NCBI GenBank assembly: GCA_026395175.1
Contig: JAPLZF010000009.1
Location: 2,290 to 66,289, forward strand
Direction: 5' to 3'
Origin: Candidatus Staskawiczbacteria bacterium
Lineage (GTDB): Bacteria > Patescibacteriota > Minisyncoccia > Minisyncoccales > Staskawiczbacteraceae
Length of the DNA: 64,000 bases
In this document: positions 63,571 through 64,000 of the stretch, in pieces
Position numbering within the stretch: position 1 is the stretch's first letter
Layout: every line of letters begins with the position of its first letter
Made by a program: the position numbers and the translations under genes
The notes under the pieces: generated by a model
What the model saw: the letters and a program-made list of their open reading frames with translations, nothing else
Databases searched by the model: none
What the model was told of the DNA's origin: nothing

Positions 63571-63595
63571 AAAAAGTAAAGCGCATTTTTTGCGC
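63571..63595 (-). terminator. weak terminator-like hairpin downstream of rlmN
   Basis: The hairpin GCGCA-TTTTT-TGCGC (63581..63595) is followed on the minus strand by TTTACTTTTT. The stem is only 5 bp long. Confidence 0.3.
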
Positions 63596-63621
63596 GGACA
63601 CTTTTTGTAATTATATCATAA

Positions 63622-64000
63622 CTATTTTGAGGTTGCGAATTGTCCGCAGGCTGCCTGAATGTCGTCGCCAAACCGGTATCTTTGAGTGTATCGTATCTTT
63701 AGTTTTTCCAATATTGCGCGAAAAGCTTGGACTCTTTTTGTATCGGAAGGCTCAAAACTTCCAGCCTGCCCCGTTTGCGGGGTTTTATTATACAAAATCA
63801 AATTAACAAAATATAATTTTCTATCCATTATTTTTGCCAGTTCTTTGGCATTATTATCTGAATCATTCACACCCTTAATCAAAACATATTCAAACATTAC
63901 TTTTCGGTTTGTTTCTTTAATATATTCGTCAACTGCTTTCAAAACATCTTGCAAAGGATATTTTTTGTCTATTGGCATAAGTTCCCTTCTCAGTTTATCG
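63622..64000 (-). CDS. rlmN: 23S rRNA/tRNA adenine-C2 methyltransferase RlmN (radical SAM), C-terminal part; the 5' end lies beyond the window
   Basis: The C-terminus reads FEYVLIKGVNDSDNNAKELAKI..VNLILYN..RFGDDIQAACGQFA, with the conserved D-I-x-A-A-C-G-Q. The frame stays open upstream of the track Met (..DKLRRELMPIDKKYPL) to the window edge. Confidence 0.85.
   Translation of the reverse strand, partial: DKLRRELMPIDKKYPLQDVLKAVDEYIKETNRKVMFEYVLIKGVNDSDNNAKELAKIMDRKLYFVNLILYNKTPQTGQAGSFEPSDTKRVQAFRAILEKLKIRYTQRYRFGDDIQAACGQFATSK

Noticed and set aside
1-64000. A search for CRISPR arrays, tRNA/rRNA genes, IS elements, integrases, toxin-antitoxin pairs or known defence-system genes.
   Set aside because: The non-coding gaps are all 204 bp or shorter and contain no repeat-spacer pattern or cloverleaf-like structure. 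No ORF shows transposase, integrase, nuclease or ATPase defence motifs that I can recognise.

Overview
The window is gene-dense and AT-rich; by eye most of it is about 30-35% GC. It reads cleanly in the standard genetic code, and I saw no rRNA, tRNA, CRISPR array or recognisable transposase or integrase. About 49 kb (5537..54228, 46 CDS) is one very large, mosaic surface-glycan biosynthesis cluster arranged in four strand blocks. It encodes three nucleotide-sugar routes. The UDP route has a PglF/CapD-like dehydratase, DegT aminotransferase, WecB, Ugd and UXS-like enzymes. The CDP route has RfbF, an E1/ColD-type 3-dehydratase and a YerE-like ThDP enzyme. The GDP route has Gmd, Fcl, a cupin, a C-methyltransferase and DegT. 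The cluster also carries 9 firm glycosyltransferase genes (PglC-like initiator, GT4 including one GT4-GT4 fusion, GT2, GT10) plus one tentative GT-D-like gene. It further encodes 8 methyltransferases, a CE4 deacetylase, an AsnB-like amidotransferase and two Wzx-type flippases. A complete sulfation module is present, in which the ATP sulfurylase is fused to a pyruvate-kinase catalytic barrel. The cluster is bracketed by secreted Thr/Ser/Ala/Gly-rich proteins carrying peptidoglycan-binding domains (802 aa and 1219 aa) and a secreted gluzincin-type peptidase. Other flanking genes are an O-antigen-ligase/TPR protein, a class-A beta-lactamase-like hydrolase, and an ECF sigma / anti-sigma pair directly upstream of the 1219-aa protein. 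Housekeeping genes sit at both edges: murB (partial) with a GNAT gene on the left, and rlmN (partial) on the right. A single ~0.75-kb GC-rich gene (a Nudix fold with a degenerate Nudix box, its own strong SD and its own terminator) interrupts the cluster and looks horizontally acquired. The gene content and style (PG-binding surface proteins, ligase-TPR fusion, DUF5667-like anti-sigma, low GC) suggest an uncultivated small-genome bacterium such as a CPR/Patescibacteria member. That assignment is inference only. All functional calls come from motif recognition by eye; no database search was possible.
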